From a virus, in IMG/VR virus record IMGVR_UViG_3300028864_000019, positions 1-64,000 of that record: a stretch of DNA of 64,000 nucleotides, one strand, 5' to 3'. Position 1 is the stretch's first letter; each line of letters opens with the position of its first letter. The notes beneath the pieces are model-generated. The model made no database searches and was not told the DNA's origin. It saw nothing but the letters and a program-made list of their open reading frames with translations. The position numbers and the translations under genes are program-made. Positions 10,218-20,253 of this stretch are shown here, in pieces.

Positions 10218-10639
10218 TAAAATTCACCTTCCTTTAATTGTCTTACAACATCAATTAATTCATTTTCAACATATTCTAAAGTTCTAATTATCCCACGCAT
10301 AGGATATATTGCTTCGATATCTAATATCATTTGTACATCATCATTTTTTCCCAAAAAAGATTTAATTAATTCGAAGTCTTTACCATCACCAGCATGAGCA
10401 CAATCAAATCCTATCCAATAAACAGGTTCTTCGCATTCTACTGGATAACTATTCTCTGAGTATTCAGCATAAGTTAAACCACCATGTACAGAAATATCAA
10501 TCTCATCATAATCTTTACCATATAATTTATGTCCTTTTGGAATTGCTATGTAACCACATCTATGCCCCATATAAATACCTAAAATAACGCATCTAAAACC
10601 ATCTACAATAAAATCTTTTTCTACTTTATAATTTTTCAT
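10217..10639 (-). CDS. conserved phage hypothetical protein
   Basis: HRCGYI..VHGGLTY..WIGFDCAH. Confidence 0.78.
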   Translation of the reverse strand: MKNYKVEKDFIVDGFRCVILGIYMGHRCGYIAIPKGHKLYGKDYDEIDISVHGGLTYAEYSENSYPVECEEPVYWIGFDCAHAGDGKDFELIKSFLGKNDDVQMILDIEAIYPMRGIIRTLEYVENELIDVVRQLKEGEF

Positions 10640-10641
10640 AA

Positions 10642-11025
10642 TTACATTTCTCCTTCTTCTAATAATTCAAAGTCTACACCTTCAGAATAATATCCATTTG
10701 ACTCACCATACCATTTAATATCAACATATCCTTTGACAGTAGCTAATTTATAAAATGTCCATGTAAAACTTTCATTCCATTCTTCATCTTTAGGATTATC
10801 TAAACTAGTTGATTCTTCAGCCATTTCTATAGGTGTTCCAATTAAATCGTCTAAATTCCCATTTATATCATCTATAGTTACACTTTCACAACAATCTTGC
10901 CAATGATACATTTTATATGTAATACCCTCATTAGTATAAAACATCATTTCATCTTTTTCTTTTGAAACTTCAATATTAGTTAATATCTTTCCTATTAAAT
11001 CTTTAAATTCTGCACATCTACTCAT
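10642..11025 (-). CDS. conserved phage hypothetical protein
   Basis: HWQDCCESV..TWTFY..SNGYYS. Confidence 0.78.
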   Translation of the reverse strand: MSRCAEFKDLIGKILTNIEVSKEKDEMMFYTNEGITYKMYHWQDCCESVTIDDINGNLDDLIGTPIEMAEESTSLDNPKDEEWNESFTWTFYKLATVKGYVDIKWYGESNGYYSEGVDFELLEEGEM

Positions 11026-11078
11026 TTTATATATCCCCTTTAAATTATATTATTTATTTTAATTTATTAATAATTTAT

Positions 11079-11399
11079 TTATTGTCTTTTCATCCATTCT
11101 ATAAATCTTTCAACTATTTCTTCTTCAAATGCATAAGGATTAACATCTTGACTCCAATTTGTAAATAGTTCATCTAATTGCATCTCAGGATATTTAGCTA
11201 TCATTTGTATATTAGTTGAATAAGCAATGGAAATATCTTTCTTTTGTTCTTCTATAAACTTTTCAACCAAAGGTAATTCTGATTTACTAACCCACTTAAT
11301 CCATTTACCACAGACATTACAATATAATCCTGTTTGACTTCCATTTGACTTTATAAACAAATCCATACTTCCACATTTTTCACACGCATAATTTTTCAT
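11079..11399 (-). CDS. zinc-ribbon protein
   Basis: CEKCGS..YCNVCGKWIKW. Confidence 0.75.
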   Translation of the reverse strand: MKNYACEKCGSMDLFIKSNGSQTGLYCNVCGKWIKWVSKSELPLVEKFIEEQKKDISIAYSTNIQMIAKYPEMQLDELFTNWSQDVNPYAFEEEIVERFIEWMKRQ

Positions 11400-11480
11400 A
11401 ATTATTTATTCTCCTTTATTTCATTGTTTTTTATATTAATTTATTAGCATTCTTTTAAAATCAAGATTTGAACAACTTTT

Positions 11481-12197
11481 TTATTCTTGATATTCAATAA
11501 ACACTTCATCGTTACTATATTCTTCATCTAGTTCTATTTTTGAATATGTTTGATTTATATTCATCATATACATATCAAACTTCTTTAAGTATCTTAATGA
11601 TTTTAGATCACTTGTCTTTTTCCATTCTAATCTAAATTCTTTATCATACTTCTTCCATCGAGTAATCATGAACTCTACATTTAGTTCTTCATCTTCTTCG
11701 CAGGTAAATGTAACAATATAGTTTTCATAGTCACTCCAATCACTATTTACAAGTTCTGCACCTAAGCTTGTATTTATATATCCACCTTCATAGTCATAAT
11801 TATCAATTTTATCTTTATCTATTTCTTTTTCACAATATTCCTGCCACTTTTTATAAATGTCTGTAACAGCTATTTTGTTCGGAATGTTTTCTGTTGTCAT
11901 TAACTCTTTAAAATTCTCTAACATATTTTTATTTTCTAATGCTGAGTTCTTTAATACATCTACTAAAACACTATCTAATTTTGATATGTATTTGCTATAA
12001 TCATAGTTTTCTAAATAAGGTATCATTACTGCTTTTACCTTTGATTCTATAACTTTTTTAACTTCCCCATTCCAGCCAAACATATCTTCAAGTGCCTTAG
12101 TTACACTCTCTTCTAATTTTTGAGCTATTACCTTTTCTATTACACCCTTTTCTAATTCTTTTGATATACAATCTTTTAAACTATTTTCTAAATTCAT
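11481..12197 (-). CDS. hypothetical phage protein
   Basis: ORF track, AGGAG RBS. Confidence 0.8.
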   Translation of the reverse strand: MNLENSLKDCISKELEKGVIEKVIAQKLEESVTKALEDMFGWNGEVKKVIESKVKAVMIPYLENYDYSKYISKLDSVLVDVLKNSALENKNMLENFKELMTTENIPNKIAVTDIYKKWQEYCEKEIDKDKIDNYDYEGGYINTSLGAELVNSDWSDYENYIVTFTCEEDEELNVEFMITRWKKYDKEFRLEWKKTSDLKSLRYLKKFDMYMMNINQTYSKIELDEEYSNDEVFIEYQE

Positions 12198-12253
12198 TTC
12201 ATTCTCTCCTTTATTTATTTATTTCCTTTTAAAATTTCCATTTACTTCCATTT

Positions 12254-12838
12254 TCACACCAAGTTTGTAGTTCTTTTAACTATATCTGTTAAATTATTGA
12301 TTATTTCTTTTAATTCTTCTATAGTATATTGCAGTGTATCATTGTTGCTTTTTGATTCTATAAGTTTTATTTCGATGTTAGAAATTTTATTATAGTTATC
12401 ATTTATTTGACAATTTAAAGCTTGATTATTTATGATATGTTTTTTTATCTCTTCTTTTAAAATTGTGACATTAGTAATTTCCTCATTTAAATTTTTTATA
12501 TCTGTTTTAAGTTTTTCAATTTCTCCATATTGTTCAAGTATTATACTATTGTTACTAAAATTATGTTGTTTGTCTACTTTTGAGACTAATTTAATATTTT
12601 CTAATTCATCTCTTAGTTGTCTACTTTCATTATAATATTTAATTGAATTATTTTGTAAATCTTCATTTTCTCTTTCTGATGCTTCATTGATTTTTCTTAG
12701 TTCCTCGGTTTCTTTTTTATAGTGTTTTAATTCTTCTTTTAGTTCATTTATTCTAACAGTTTTTCGATCTATTATTTCTAAGTCGTCAATATGTTGACTT
12801 GCATAATCTTTTAATTTTTCTTCTTGTTCAGTATTCAT
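12254..12838 (-). CDS. coiled-coil protein
   Basis: Heptad-like E/K/L/N-rich sequence. Confidence 0.7.
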   Translation of the reverse strand: MNTEQEEKLKDYASQHIDDLEIIDRKTVRINELKEELKHYKKETEELRKINEASERENEDLQNNSIKYYNESRQLRDELENIKLVSKVDKQHNFSNNSIILEQYGEIEKLKTDIKNLNEEITNVTILKEEIKKHIINNQALNCQINDNYNKISNIEIKLIESKSNNDTLQYTIEELKEIINNLTDIVKRTTNLV

Positions 12839-12877
12839 AAAATCCTATCCCCTCATAATTAATTTAATTTATTTGCT

Positions 12878-13156
12878 TTATTCAAATTCCCAACCATTCT
12901 CACAACAATTTTCTAAACCTTTTAATATGTATATAACATTATGTACCAATACCTCTTTAGCAAAAGCTTGACTCATTGGTATGTCGCCTAAGTTATTTTC
13001 CTGTTCTTCTTTTTGTTTCTCCCACATGATGTTTCTTCCATAATTTCTTGTATGTATTCTATTAATTACTTGCCATATGTATGCTTGATCTTGACTATAC
13101 TTATTACAGAACTCTTCAATTCTCTCTTGAAGAAATTCTCCACTACACATTGTCAT
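12878..13156 (-). CDS. hypothetical protein
   Basis: ORF track. Confidence 0.7.
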   Translation of the reverse strand: MTMCSGEFLQERIEEFCNKYSQDQAYIWQVINRIHTRNYGRNIMWEKQKEEQENNLGDIPMSQAFAKEVLVHNVIYILKGLENCCENGWEFE

Positions 13157-13254
13157 ATTTTCATTTCTCCTTATATATCTTTCTCATTTTCTTTTAATTT
13201 ATCTTTTGTTCCTCAATTTAATATTATATGTAATGCGATCTTCTTACTAACTAA

Positions 13255-13449
13255 TTACTTTTTGTTCTTAACTTCATAATAGCTTTTCCCGAATTTTTTA
13301 ACGATTCTTCCTGAGTATTCATACAAACCATCTACTATATTATTTTCTAACTCATGTAAGTTAACATCCAATAATAAAGTCTTTTTACTTTCCTTCACTC
13401 TCTTTGTAAAATCAATTACAACCTTTTTCTTATTCTTATTATTTGCCAT
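13255..13449 (-). CDS. small basic protein
   Basis: ORF track; directly downstream of a sigmaA promoter. Confidence 0.7.
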   Translation of the reverse strand: MANNKNKKKVVIDFTKRVKESKKTLLLDVNLHELENNIVDGLYEYSGRIVKKFGKSYYEVKNKK

Positions 13450-13506
13450 TTTAACATTCCTTCTTTCATTTATTATTTTATTAATTTGTTTCCTTGGTAC
13501 TACTTA

Positions 13507-13559
13507 AGTATATTCCCAATAATTTCATGTGTCAACATTTATTTATATATTAATTTGTT
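13507..13559 (-). promoter_or_regulatory. sigmaA promoter with upstream repeated operator
   Basis: TTGACA(13535-13530)-17-TATACT(13512-13507); AACAAATTAATATA at 13559-13546. Confidence 0.75.
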
Positions 13560-13598
13560 ATTTTAAATTATTGTCTTAAAATTAAATTTTTATTTAGA

Positions 13599-13952
13599 CT
13601 ATAATTCTCTTCCACACATAGGACAGTATTTTATTTGTTTCCCAAACAATGAATAATCAACAGAATTGCCGACAACGCTATCTTCAAGATAGTTACATGA
13701 GTTTATCACTACATAATAGTCACCTTTATCATTTATCATTAATGGTTTTTTATCCCATTCCTTAACTTCACAGTATTCACATTTTGATTTAATATTATTA
13801 TCTAAGTTATCATCAATTATTTCAATAGATATTGTCTTGTTGCTATCCTTTTGGTTTGCTCTTTTTTCTAAATCTAAATATTCCTCATATGATAATGTTA
13901 TTAATTTTTCCATATACTTTCCTCCAATAATATATAATTTTATTATTTTCAT
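13599..13952 (-). CDS. Zn-binding phage protein
   Basis: CEYC ... YCPMCGREL. Confidence 0.7.
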   Translation of the reverse strand: MKIIKLYIIGGKYMEKLITLSYEEYLDLEKRANQKDSNKTISIEIIDDNLDNNIKSKCEYCEVKEWDKKPLMINDKGDYYVVINSCNYLEDSVVGNSVDYSLFGKQIKYCPMCGREL

Positions 13953-14014
13953 ACAAAGCTAAAGGTTTAAATGCTTGTCTCCATTTTAAATATCAAGGGC
14001 AGTTTGCCCTAGTT

Positions 14015-14431
14015 TCAACTATTAAACCATTTCACTAATTCTTTTTGCCTATCGCATCCAAACAAAGGTTTTTGATACATATTTTCTATTCCATATACTG
14101 TGAATTTGTTTTTCTCAAACCCACTTTTTATATTGACTTCATATACAATTTCACCACTAGTAATATTTGATATTTTAAATGAATCATATAGTGGGTGAGA
14201 TATTGGACAGTGATTTCTAAATAGAATACATTGAGTATCTAATCCTATCTTTGGAGAATCTTTGATTTTTCTTATTATATTGCTCATATAATAAGTTTTA
14301 TTTCTTAATGATGTATCTCTGCAAAACCAATCATACCAACCTGCATAACATTGAGTCGCTTTATCTTTTTCGTTAAATTCTCCATTATTAAAATTTTCAA
14401 TCCATTGCCTTACATTCATTATATTTCCCAT
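14015..14431 (-). CDS. hypothetical protein, paralog of 61557..61946
   Basis: Shared QWIE.FNNG.FN, AGW.DW.C.D, L..KT.YM.NII. Confidence 0.8.
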   Translation of the reverse strand: MGNIMNVRQWIENFNNGEFNEKDKATQCYAGWYDWFCRDTSLRNKTYYMSNIIRKIKDSPKIGLDTQCILFRNHCPISHPLYDSFKISNITSGEIVYEVNIKSGFEKNKFTVYGIENMYQKPLFGCDRQKELVKWFNS

Positions 14432-14514
14432 ATAATACCTCCTAAATATATATCATTATTATGACCATATCTTTAGTAAGATATACTATTTGTAGAATTG
14501 ATAAAAGTAATAAT

Positions 14515-14880
14515 TTATTTAGTTCTCATTGATTTGCCAACTTCATCAAATTTCTTTAAAGTTTCTAAATCCATTTTATATATACTTAATCGGATTGAAT
14601 CTTTTAATTCATCTATTTCACACTTTAAATCTTGGTTATATAAAGAATCTTCTAACCATAGTTTTCCTTCATCTGAATCTAAAAATGCTTGTACTTTTTT
14701 AAATCCATCTCCTCTTTTAACGCCAGCTTTTTCTTTAATATCGTACATTCCAATATTATATGTATATCCTCTTTCATTTAAATCACTATCTTGAAACCAT
14801 ACATTTAATTCATAGTAACTGCAATAGTATTTGCAACTTGCACTAACTTTAGCTTTTATTATTTTATAATTGTCTCTCAT
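14515..14880 (-). CDS. hypothetical protein
   Basis: ORF track. Confidence 0.72.
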   Translation of the reverse strand: MRDNYKIIKAKVSASCKYYCSYYELNVWFQDSDLNERGYTYNIGMYDIKEKAGVKRGDGFKKVQAFLDSDEGKLWLEDSLYNQDLKCEIDELKDSIRLSIYKMDLETLKKFDEVGKSMRTK

Positions 14881-14944
14881 TTTTATATTTCCTTTCTTAT
14901 TTTAATTTATTAACTCCTATTAAAAGAAGTATTTTAACATAATT

Positions 14945-15634
14945 TTACAATTTGCTAACTTCATTAAACAATTTGTTATAGCTTTCTAAATATTTATCTT
15001 TAAATTCTGCTTTATAAAATTTATTAATTTCTTCATTCATTCCATCTTTATCACCTTTAAACAATAATTCAAATATACTTTTACGTTCTTCCCAGTTACT
15101 AAATAGTATATAGAATTCTCCATTTCTATTAAATGAACTATCAAATCCTATTTTATCAAACAAATATAAAATAGTGCCACTTGATAACCCCTCCTCATAA
15201 TTATTATTAAAATTATCCTTGATCCATTTTAAATCCGTATTTATTTTATGTAATTTATCAGAAGTTTCTTTGGCTTGTTTCAATAAATGTTCTCCACCTT
15301 CTTCTATAAACTCCAATTCACTTTCATGCTTCCAAGCCAATGAACCACCAGTATCTAAAAATATAATAGAATAATCCTTTCTATTATTCCCCCAGTATAA
15401 GTCTGCATAAGATCCTTCTATTATTGCCAATCTGCCAGCATTATTATCAATTTCAATTTCTTCATGCTCTCCATTCGTATTCATAGACCATATAGTGTGA
15501 CCTTTTAGTAACTTTACTAGATTACCTCTTTTAAATTTTTGTTTATTTATATTTTTAGGGATATCTATTGTTTCTAAATTACTAAGTATAATTTCTTCTT
15601 CTCCTGTAGTTTTATCAATCATTGTTAGTTTCAT
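14945..15634 (-). CDS. hypothetical protein
   Basis: ORF track; sole gene between dyad sites 14921 and 15676. Confidence 0.78.
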   Translation of the reverse strand: MKLTMIDKTTGEEEIILSNLETIDIPKNINKQKFKRGNLVKLLKGHTIWSMNTNGEHEEIEIDNNAGRLAIIEGSYADLYWGNNRKDYSIIFLDTGGSLAWKHESELEFIEEGGEHLLKQAKETSDKLHKINTDLKWIKDNFNNNYEEGLSSGTILYLFDKIGFDSSFNRNGEFYILFSNWEERKSIFELLFKGDKDGMNEEINKFYKAEFKDKYLESYNKLFNEVSKL

Positions 15635-15688
15635 AATAATTTCTCCTTTATATTTTTAATTTATTTAACTCCTATTAAAATGACAATC

Positions 15689-16249
15689 TTACTTACTTTC
15701 TAGTTCCATCCAATTAGTGTTTTCTAATATATTATATAATCTTTCTACTTGTGGACTTCTCCAAGCCGTCATTGCATATGTATGTGGTTTATTATAATGA
15801 TGTTTATTTCTTTCTATATGTTCTCTACATTCCCTAAGAGTTAGAAACATTGTATCTTGTGCTATTTCTTCTCTTTCTCTATAATTACAAATAGAATATC
15901 TTTTATAATCATATTTCTCTAGAAAGTCTTTAATTTTTGATATGTCTGTAATATAAAATTCATTATCATCTTCACAAACTATTTCTAAATCACCAAAATT
16001 ACATTCACATTTTGTTATCATTTCGAAGTTTTCTTTTAACCATACTGATAAATCTTCTAGTTCCCCTTCAAATACATTTTCACATGAATCAGTATCATAA
16101 ATACATACTCCATCTACACTATCGTCAACCCAGTAATCTCTTACAGTTTGCATTACTACCCAAAATCTTGGATTCGCTTGACAAACTGTATCTTGAGTTA
16201 GCATTTCATGTTGTAATTCTTTTAAAAACTCTATATCTTCTTTATTCAT
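15689..16249 (-). CDS. conserved phage hypothetical protein
   Basis: TQDTVCQANPRFW..FLT..HI..N.HHY..PHTYAMTAWRSP. Confidence 0.8.
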   Translation of the reverse strand: MNKEDIEFLKELQHEMLTQDTVCQANPRFWVVMQTVRDYWVDDSVDGVCIYDTDSCENVFEGELEDLSVWLKENFEMITKCECNFGDLEIVCEDDNEFYITDISKIKDFLEKYDYKRYSICNYREREEIAQDTMFLTLRECREHIERNKHHYNKPHTYAMTAWRSPQVERLYNILENTNWMELESK

Positions 16250-16435
16250 TTAATTTATTCCTCCTTAATATCTAATATAACCTACTACACCAGTTTGAAT
16301 ATTCTTAACCTTATAATCATAACAATCTTTACTTATGTATTCATATTTATTACTATCATATCCTTGTACCTGTAAGAATAATTTAAATTGTTCTGACATT
16401 ATTGATTTCTTCATAATTCCTCACCTTCTTTTAAT

Positions 16436-16753
16436 TTATTTATATACTTCACAACAACGATATATAAAGCTATTTCCACCAATTAATAAATTTAATATAT
16501 CAATTTTATAATTATCAAATTTATTTTTAATACAATTATCTTCATAATATAATGCATTCCCTATTACTTCTCCATTTATATAATTTACTGGATACTTTAT
16601 TATACCAATTTCATATTCTTTATCTTTATCAATTAATATTATTGGTACTCCTATAAAGGTATTCAATGAATTTAAAATAAATTCTTTAGTTATAACTAAT
16701 CCATCATCAGTTTGTATCCCTTCTTTCATTAAAACCATTTTTATTTCTCTCAT
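16436..16753 (-). CDS. hypothetical protein
   Basis: ORF track. Confidence 0.7.
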   Translation of the reverse strand: MREIKMVLMKEGIQTDDGLVITKEFILNSLNTFIGVPIILIDKDKEYEIGIIKYPVNYINGEVIGNALYYEDNCIKNKFDNYKIDILNLLIGGNSFIYRCCEVYK

Positions 16754-16796
16754 TTACTTATCTCCTATCTTTTTAGATTCTTCATTTTATTATAAT

Positions 16797-17186
16797 TTAA
16801 TTTATTTTTAAAAATTCTTTTATTTCATCGACAGTAAAGGTATATTCAAAACAATTATATGAGTTATTTAAATAAAACCCCAATAAAATGTGGTTGTTGC
16901 TGTGGATACCCTTTCCTCCATATTTTACTTTATTAAACAATTTAACTCTTAATGGTAATCTACTTTTAATTAAGTTTATACAAATGTTAATAGTTAGTTT
17001 TCCATAGATTTCGTGTGTTTCGGCTTCTATTTTTTCTATTCGTTCTTTTCTATTCAATATTTCCTGCTCTAATTCATTTCTTATAGCATAATACATTTTA
17101 TCAAAATCATTAGATATTAATTTTAAATTATTCTTAAAATCATTTTTCAATTCTTCACTTCTATCCATTATTATTCCTCCTTCCAA
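16797..17186 (-). CDS. hypothetical protein (likely start MDRSEEL at 17168)
   Basis: GGAGG RBS precedes the second Met. Confidence 0.7.
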   Translation of the reverse strand: MEGGIIMDRSEELKNDFKNNLKLISNDFDKMYYAIRNELEQEILNRKERIEKIEAETHEIYGKLTINICINLIKSRLPLRVKLFNKVKYGGKGIHSNNHILLGFYLNNSYNCFEYTFTVDEIKEFLKIN

Positions 17187-17241
17187 GCCTTTAAAATGGC
17201 TCTTTTAATTATTCTTCTAATATAAATATTGTTAATTATTT

Positions 17242-17490
17242 CTAATCTTCCATCTCTAACCTTTCTTCAATCTGAAATAAAATAGCATTTGCACTTGCTT
17301 CATAATTGTATGCTTCTTGCTGAAGGTCTTTTATATCGAAATCAGTTATTTTATCTGAATACTTTTCAATTACCTCTTGTAATTGTTCTTTACTTAAACT
17401 TTTAGTAATATTTTCAGAATCAGATAAAGCCATAGTTGAATTTGCTATAATTTCTAATGTTTTTAATAATTCTCTTTGATTTTTATTCAA
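17242..17490 (-). CDS. hypothetical protein
   Basis: ORF track. Confidence 0.7.
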   Translation of the reverse strand: MNKNQRELLKTLEIIANSTMALSDSENITKSLSKEQLQEVIEKYSDKITDFDIKDLQQEAYNYEASANAILFQIEERLEMED

Positions 17491-17541
17491 TTTATTATCA
17501 CCTCTTATTTTTAATGATATATATAATATTCTACAATAGTT

Positions 17542-17835
17542 TTATTTATTAATACAATAATTGCATATACACTCATTATTATCACGATTGTAATTAATAT
17601 TATTATCAAAACAATTATAACAAATCATTTTACCACATTTATCACATTTTGTTAATTCTTCTAAATAAAATGAATCATTACAAATTGAACAATGTTCTGT
17701 TCTTGGTAATTCGTCAATAATAATTTTTAGTTTTAAATTTGTATAATCATAAAGTACTGAATCTAATTTTTCACCATTCACTTTCCAACAATTATCAGAC
17801 TTACAATACTCTAAATTACCTTTTAATATTCTCAT
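17542..17835 (-). CDS. Cys-rich zinc-finger protein
   Basis: CSIC, CDKC, CYNC, CICNYC. Confidence 0.72.
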   Translation of the reverse strand: MRILKGNLEYCKSDNCWKVNGEKLDSVLYDYTNLKLKIIIDELPRTEHCSICNDSFYLEELTKCDKCGKMICYNCFDNNINYNRDNNECICNYCINK

Positions 17836-17928
17836 AAAATGATAACCTCCCTTATTTTTTATATTTTATTTTCTTCCTACAAAAGAACTATCCCATTCTT
17901 TACAAGTTGAACATGTCTCCTATTTATA

Positions 17929-18177
17929 TTACTTATATAAGTTGATAATTTCTAATACCTTAGTTCTTGCATCAGTTTCAGATAGTTGTATTCTATAATT
18001 AAAAGGTTCATCCCTTAAAATATATAACATTTCTGCCCAACTAAGTCCTCCACGTTCTGCTAACCTTTTTAATGTTTGACTATGATTTATAAGTGCTTGG
18101 TTTTCATGAGGTTTTATTAAATCCGATTTAATATATTCTTTTGGATTTGAACCTAGTATTGGAAATTTATTATCCAT
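17929..18177 (-). CDS. hypothetical protein, paralog of 1258..1515
   Basis: Direct sequence similarity. Confidence 0.8.
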   Translation of the reverse strand: MDNKFPILGSNPKEYIKSDLIKPHENQALINHSQTLKRLAERGGLSWAEMLYILRDEPFNYRIQLSETDARTKVLEIINLYK

Positions 18178-18196
18178 TTATTTCCCTTCTTTCTTC

Positions 18197-18430
18197 TTAA
18201 ATATCATATTCTGAAAAATTATCTAAAGTTCTTAATTCATAACCTTTTGTGAAGTCTTCAATTGTTGATTCTACTGCATTTAAATGTAACCCATATAAGT
18301 TTTGTGCTAATTTATGATATTCTTTAGGTATGATACAATATCTTTTTTCTTGATGGCTAACTAAATAAAAAGTTATATCTTTCATTCCATTACCATTCGT
18401 TAAATAATATATTTGTTGGTCATAATCCAT
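18197..18430 (-). CDS. hypothetical protein, paralog of 19236..19484
   Basis: Shared YLV.H.EKR.CIIPKEYH.LA.NLYGLHLN. Confidence 0.8.
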   Translation of the reverse strand: MDYDQQIYYLTNGNGMKDITFYLVSHQEKRYCIIPKEYHKLAQNLYGLHLNAVESTIEDFTKGYELRTLDNFSEYDI

Positions 18431-18919
18431 TTATTTTCCCCTCATTTCATTTAAAATATATTTCAAAACCTTTATATTATCCAAATCAATTTTACCAGTA
18501 ACTCCTTGCATATCGTCATCATCAAAAGTAAATCCTAATTTATCCAATTCCTTTTTATTAAATAATATTTCCCAATTTTCTTCTTGTGTTAATTGTTCTT
18601 TATTATCTCCAAAGTAGCCATCATTTATAATATCATGCCAAGCATAAAAATTAGATAATAGCACTTTATCCTCAGATAATTCTATTTCTAATAATACATA
18701 ATCTTCTTCAAGTGCATCTATAATGTTAATATTATCAAGAGTTAACCATAACCAAATAGGATATTCGCCATTATAATCTTTTAATCTCTTAGACATCTGA
18801 TTTATCATCCATTGATAGTATTTTTCATCATCCATTATAAAATTTTTATTACCTTCTAAATATCCTTTTTCTTTAGATTCATTCCATGCCTTTAATGTTT
18901 GTAATGTATAATACTTCAT
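18431..18919 (-). CDS. DUF3841-like protein
   Basis: YTLQ..AW..G.L..Y.WM..QM..R..YPIWLW..VLLSNF.AWH. Confidence 0.65.
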   Translation of the reverse strand: MKYYTLQTLKAWNESKEKGYLEGNKNFIMDDEKYYQWMINQMSKRLKDYNGEYPIWLWLTLDNINIIDALEEDYVLLEIELSEDKVLLSNFYAWHDIINDGYFGDNKEQLTQEENWEILFNKKELDKLGFTFDDDDMQGVTGKIDLDNIKVLKYILNEMRGK

Positions 18920-18943
18920 AATATTAATCCTTTCATCATTGTT

Positions 18944-19195
18944 TTAACTATTTTTAGATTTTCTCAAATATTCATTTACACTTCTTTGAAAATGCTCAAG
19001 ATCAACAAAGTCTGCATTTGTTATATTTCCCATAACATCCTCAAATTCTGTGTCAGTTACATCTATATTTCTTTCAATAAACCACTCTAATATACTATCT
19101 TCTATTCTTCTTTGTTGTTTTTGTAAATCTCTTATCTTTAGTGTCTTTACATATAAATGTTTAGGTATTTTCATTTCATAAGGCATTTTATTCAT
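18944..19195 (-). CDS. hypothetical protein
   Basis: ORF track. Confidence 0.7.
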   Translation of the reverse strand: MNKMPYEMKIPKHLYVKTLKIRDLQKQQRRIEDSILEWFIERNIDVTDTEFEDVMGNITNADFVDLEHFQRSVNEYLRKSKNS

Positions 19196-19235
19196 TAAAT
19201 ATCTTCTCCTTTCATCTTAAAATTATTGTTTTAAT

Positions 19236-19484
19236 TTAATCTCCTCCACCTACTCTGTCTAACTCGACTAATTCATAATCCTTAGTTTTGTCTTCAATTG
19301 TATAGTTTAATAAGGAACAATTTAAATGAAGTCCATATAAATTCTTTGCTAAACCATGATATTCTTTTGGTATAATACACCATCTCTTCTCTCTATGATT
19401 TACTAAATAATACCTTGTATTATCAAAATTATTATCATTAGTTGTAACATAGTACATTTCTTGAACACTGTCCATTTTTATCAC
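19236..19484 (-). CDS. hypothetical protein, paralog of 18197..18430
   Basis: Sequence similarity; sole gene between dyad sites 19218 and 19496. Confidence 0.8.
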   Translation of the reverse strand: MIKMDSVQEMYYVTTNDNNFDNTRYYLVNHREKRWCIIPKEYHGLAKNLYGLHLNCSLLNYTIEDKTKDYELVELDRVGGGD

Positions 19485-19532
19485 CTCACTCCAAATGAAA
19501 GATAGATTTCATTTAAACCTATAAGGAAGAAA

Positions 19533-19802
19533 TTAATCTTCCTCTTTATTGTCACACTCTTCACAAATACCATTGAAAGCTGAAGCCTCATCCAAACTAA
19601 TAACTTTTCCACAGTCAGTACAATTAACATCCTTAGTCATATCTATACTATCTATTGATTCAATTATTAAACAAGCATAAACTTCGTCCATAGTTTCGTT
19701 GTAATGATCTGCAACTTCTTCTACATCGGATTCACTCAGTTCATCATTTTCTTTTAATTCCATTAATCTTGTAATATCTTCATCCCATATACCTATTATC
19801 AT
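19533..19802 (-). CDS. acidic protein with C-terminal Zn finger
   Basis: CTDCG..CEEC. Confidence 0.7.
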   Translation of the reverse strand: MIIGIWDEDITRLMELKENDELSESDVEEVADHYNETMDEVYACLIIESIDSIDMTKDVNCTDCGKVISLDEASAFNGICEECDNKEED

Positions 19803-19813
19803 ATTAGTTCCTC

Positions 19814-20065
19814 CTATTCAAATATTATTTCTTTTATCTTCTCACTTCCGATATGTGTGATCATATCTACAGTATGCGTTTCATAAAATTCGTCTATTGT
19901 CATCATTTCTTTATCAAACTCTTTACAATATTCAGATACTACTTCTAATCCTGTTGTAGCATATATTAAACAATAGTCCTCGATATATCCATTTTTATAA
20001 ACAACCCATAAATTCTTTTTCATTATTACACTCCTTTTTTTCTTCAATTTCCAACACTCTTGCAC
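19814..20065 (-). CDS. hypothetical protein (likely start MKKNLW)
   Basis: ORF track; GGAG RBS before the internal Met. Confidence 0.65.
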   Translation of the reverse strand: MQECWKLKKKRSVIMKKNLWVVYKNGYIEDYCLIYATTGLEVVSEYCKEFDKEMMTIDEFYETHTVDMITHIGSEKIKEIIFE

Positions 20066-20219
20066 AACTCCAATTTCCGTGAACTTTTCCCCAATATTTT
20101 ATATAATTCTTCCAGTAATCCTTACAATCTTCTTGAGTTTTATCTTCAGTTTCTTGTGTTATTGTTTTACCATCATTTAATTGAATTGTTGTAATATGTT
20201 TCATTATTATTTCCCTCAC
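19995..20219 (-). CDS. hypothetical protein
   Basis: ORF track. Confidence 0.6.
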   Translation of the reverse strand: MREIIMKHITTIQLNDGKTITQETEDKTQEDCKDYWKNYIKYWGKVHGNWSCARVLEIEEKKECNNEKEFMGCL

Positions 20220-20253
20220 ATATTTTGGTAAAATATAGTTTTTACTTGCTTAT

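Noticed and set aside
12230-12245. TAAAA starts at 12230, 24310, 29442, 52733 and 62012 as dyad sites
   Set aside because: Right arm does not match at 6-bp spacing; excluded from the counts although their boundary positions are suggestive
16436-16753. Prohead-protease-like fragment
   Set aside because: Only a vague resemblance (SLNTFIGVPI..IGII); insufficient evidence
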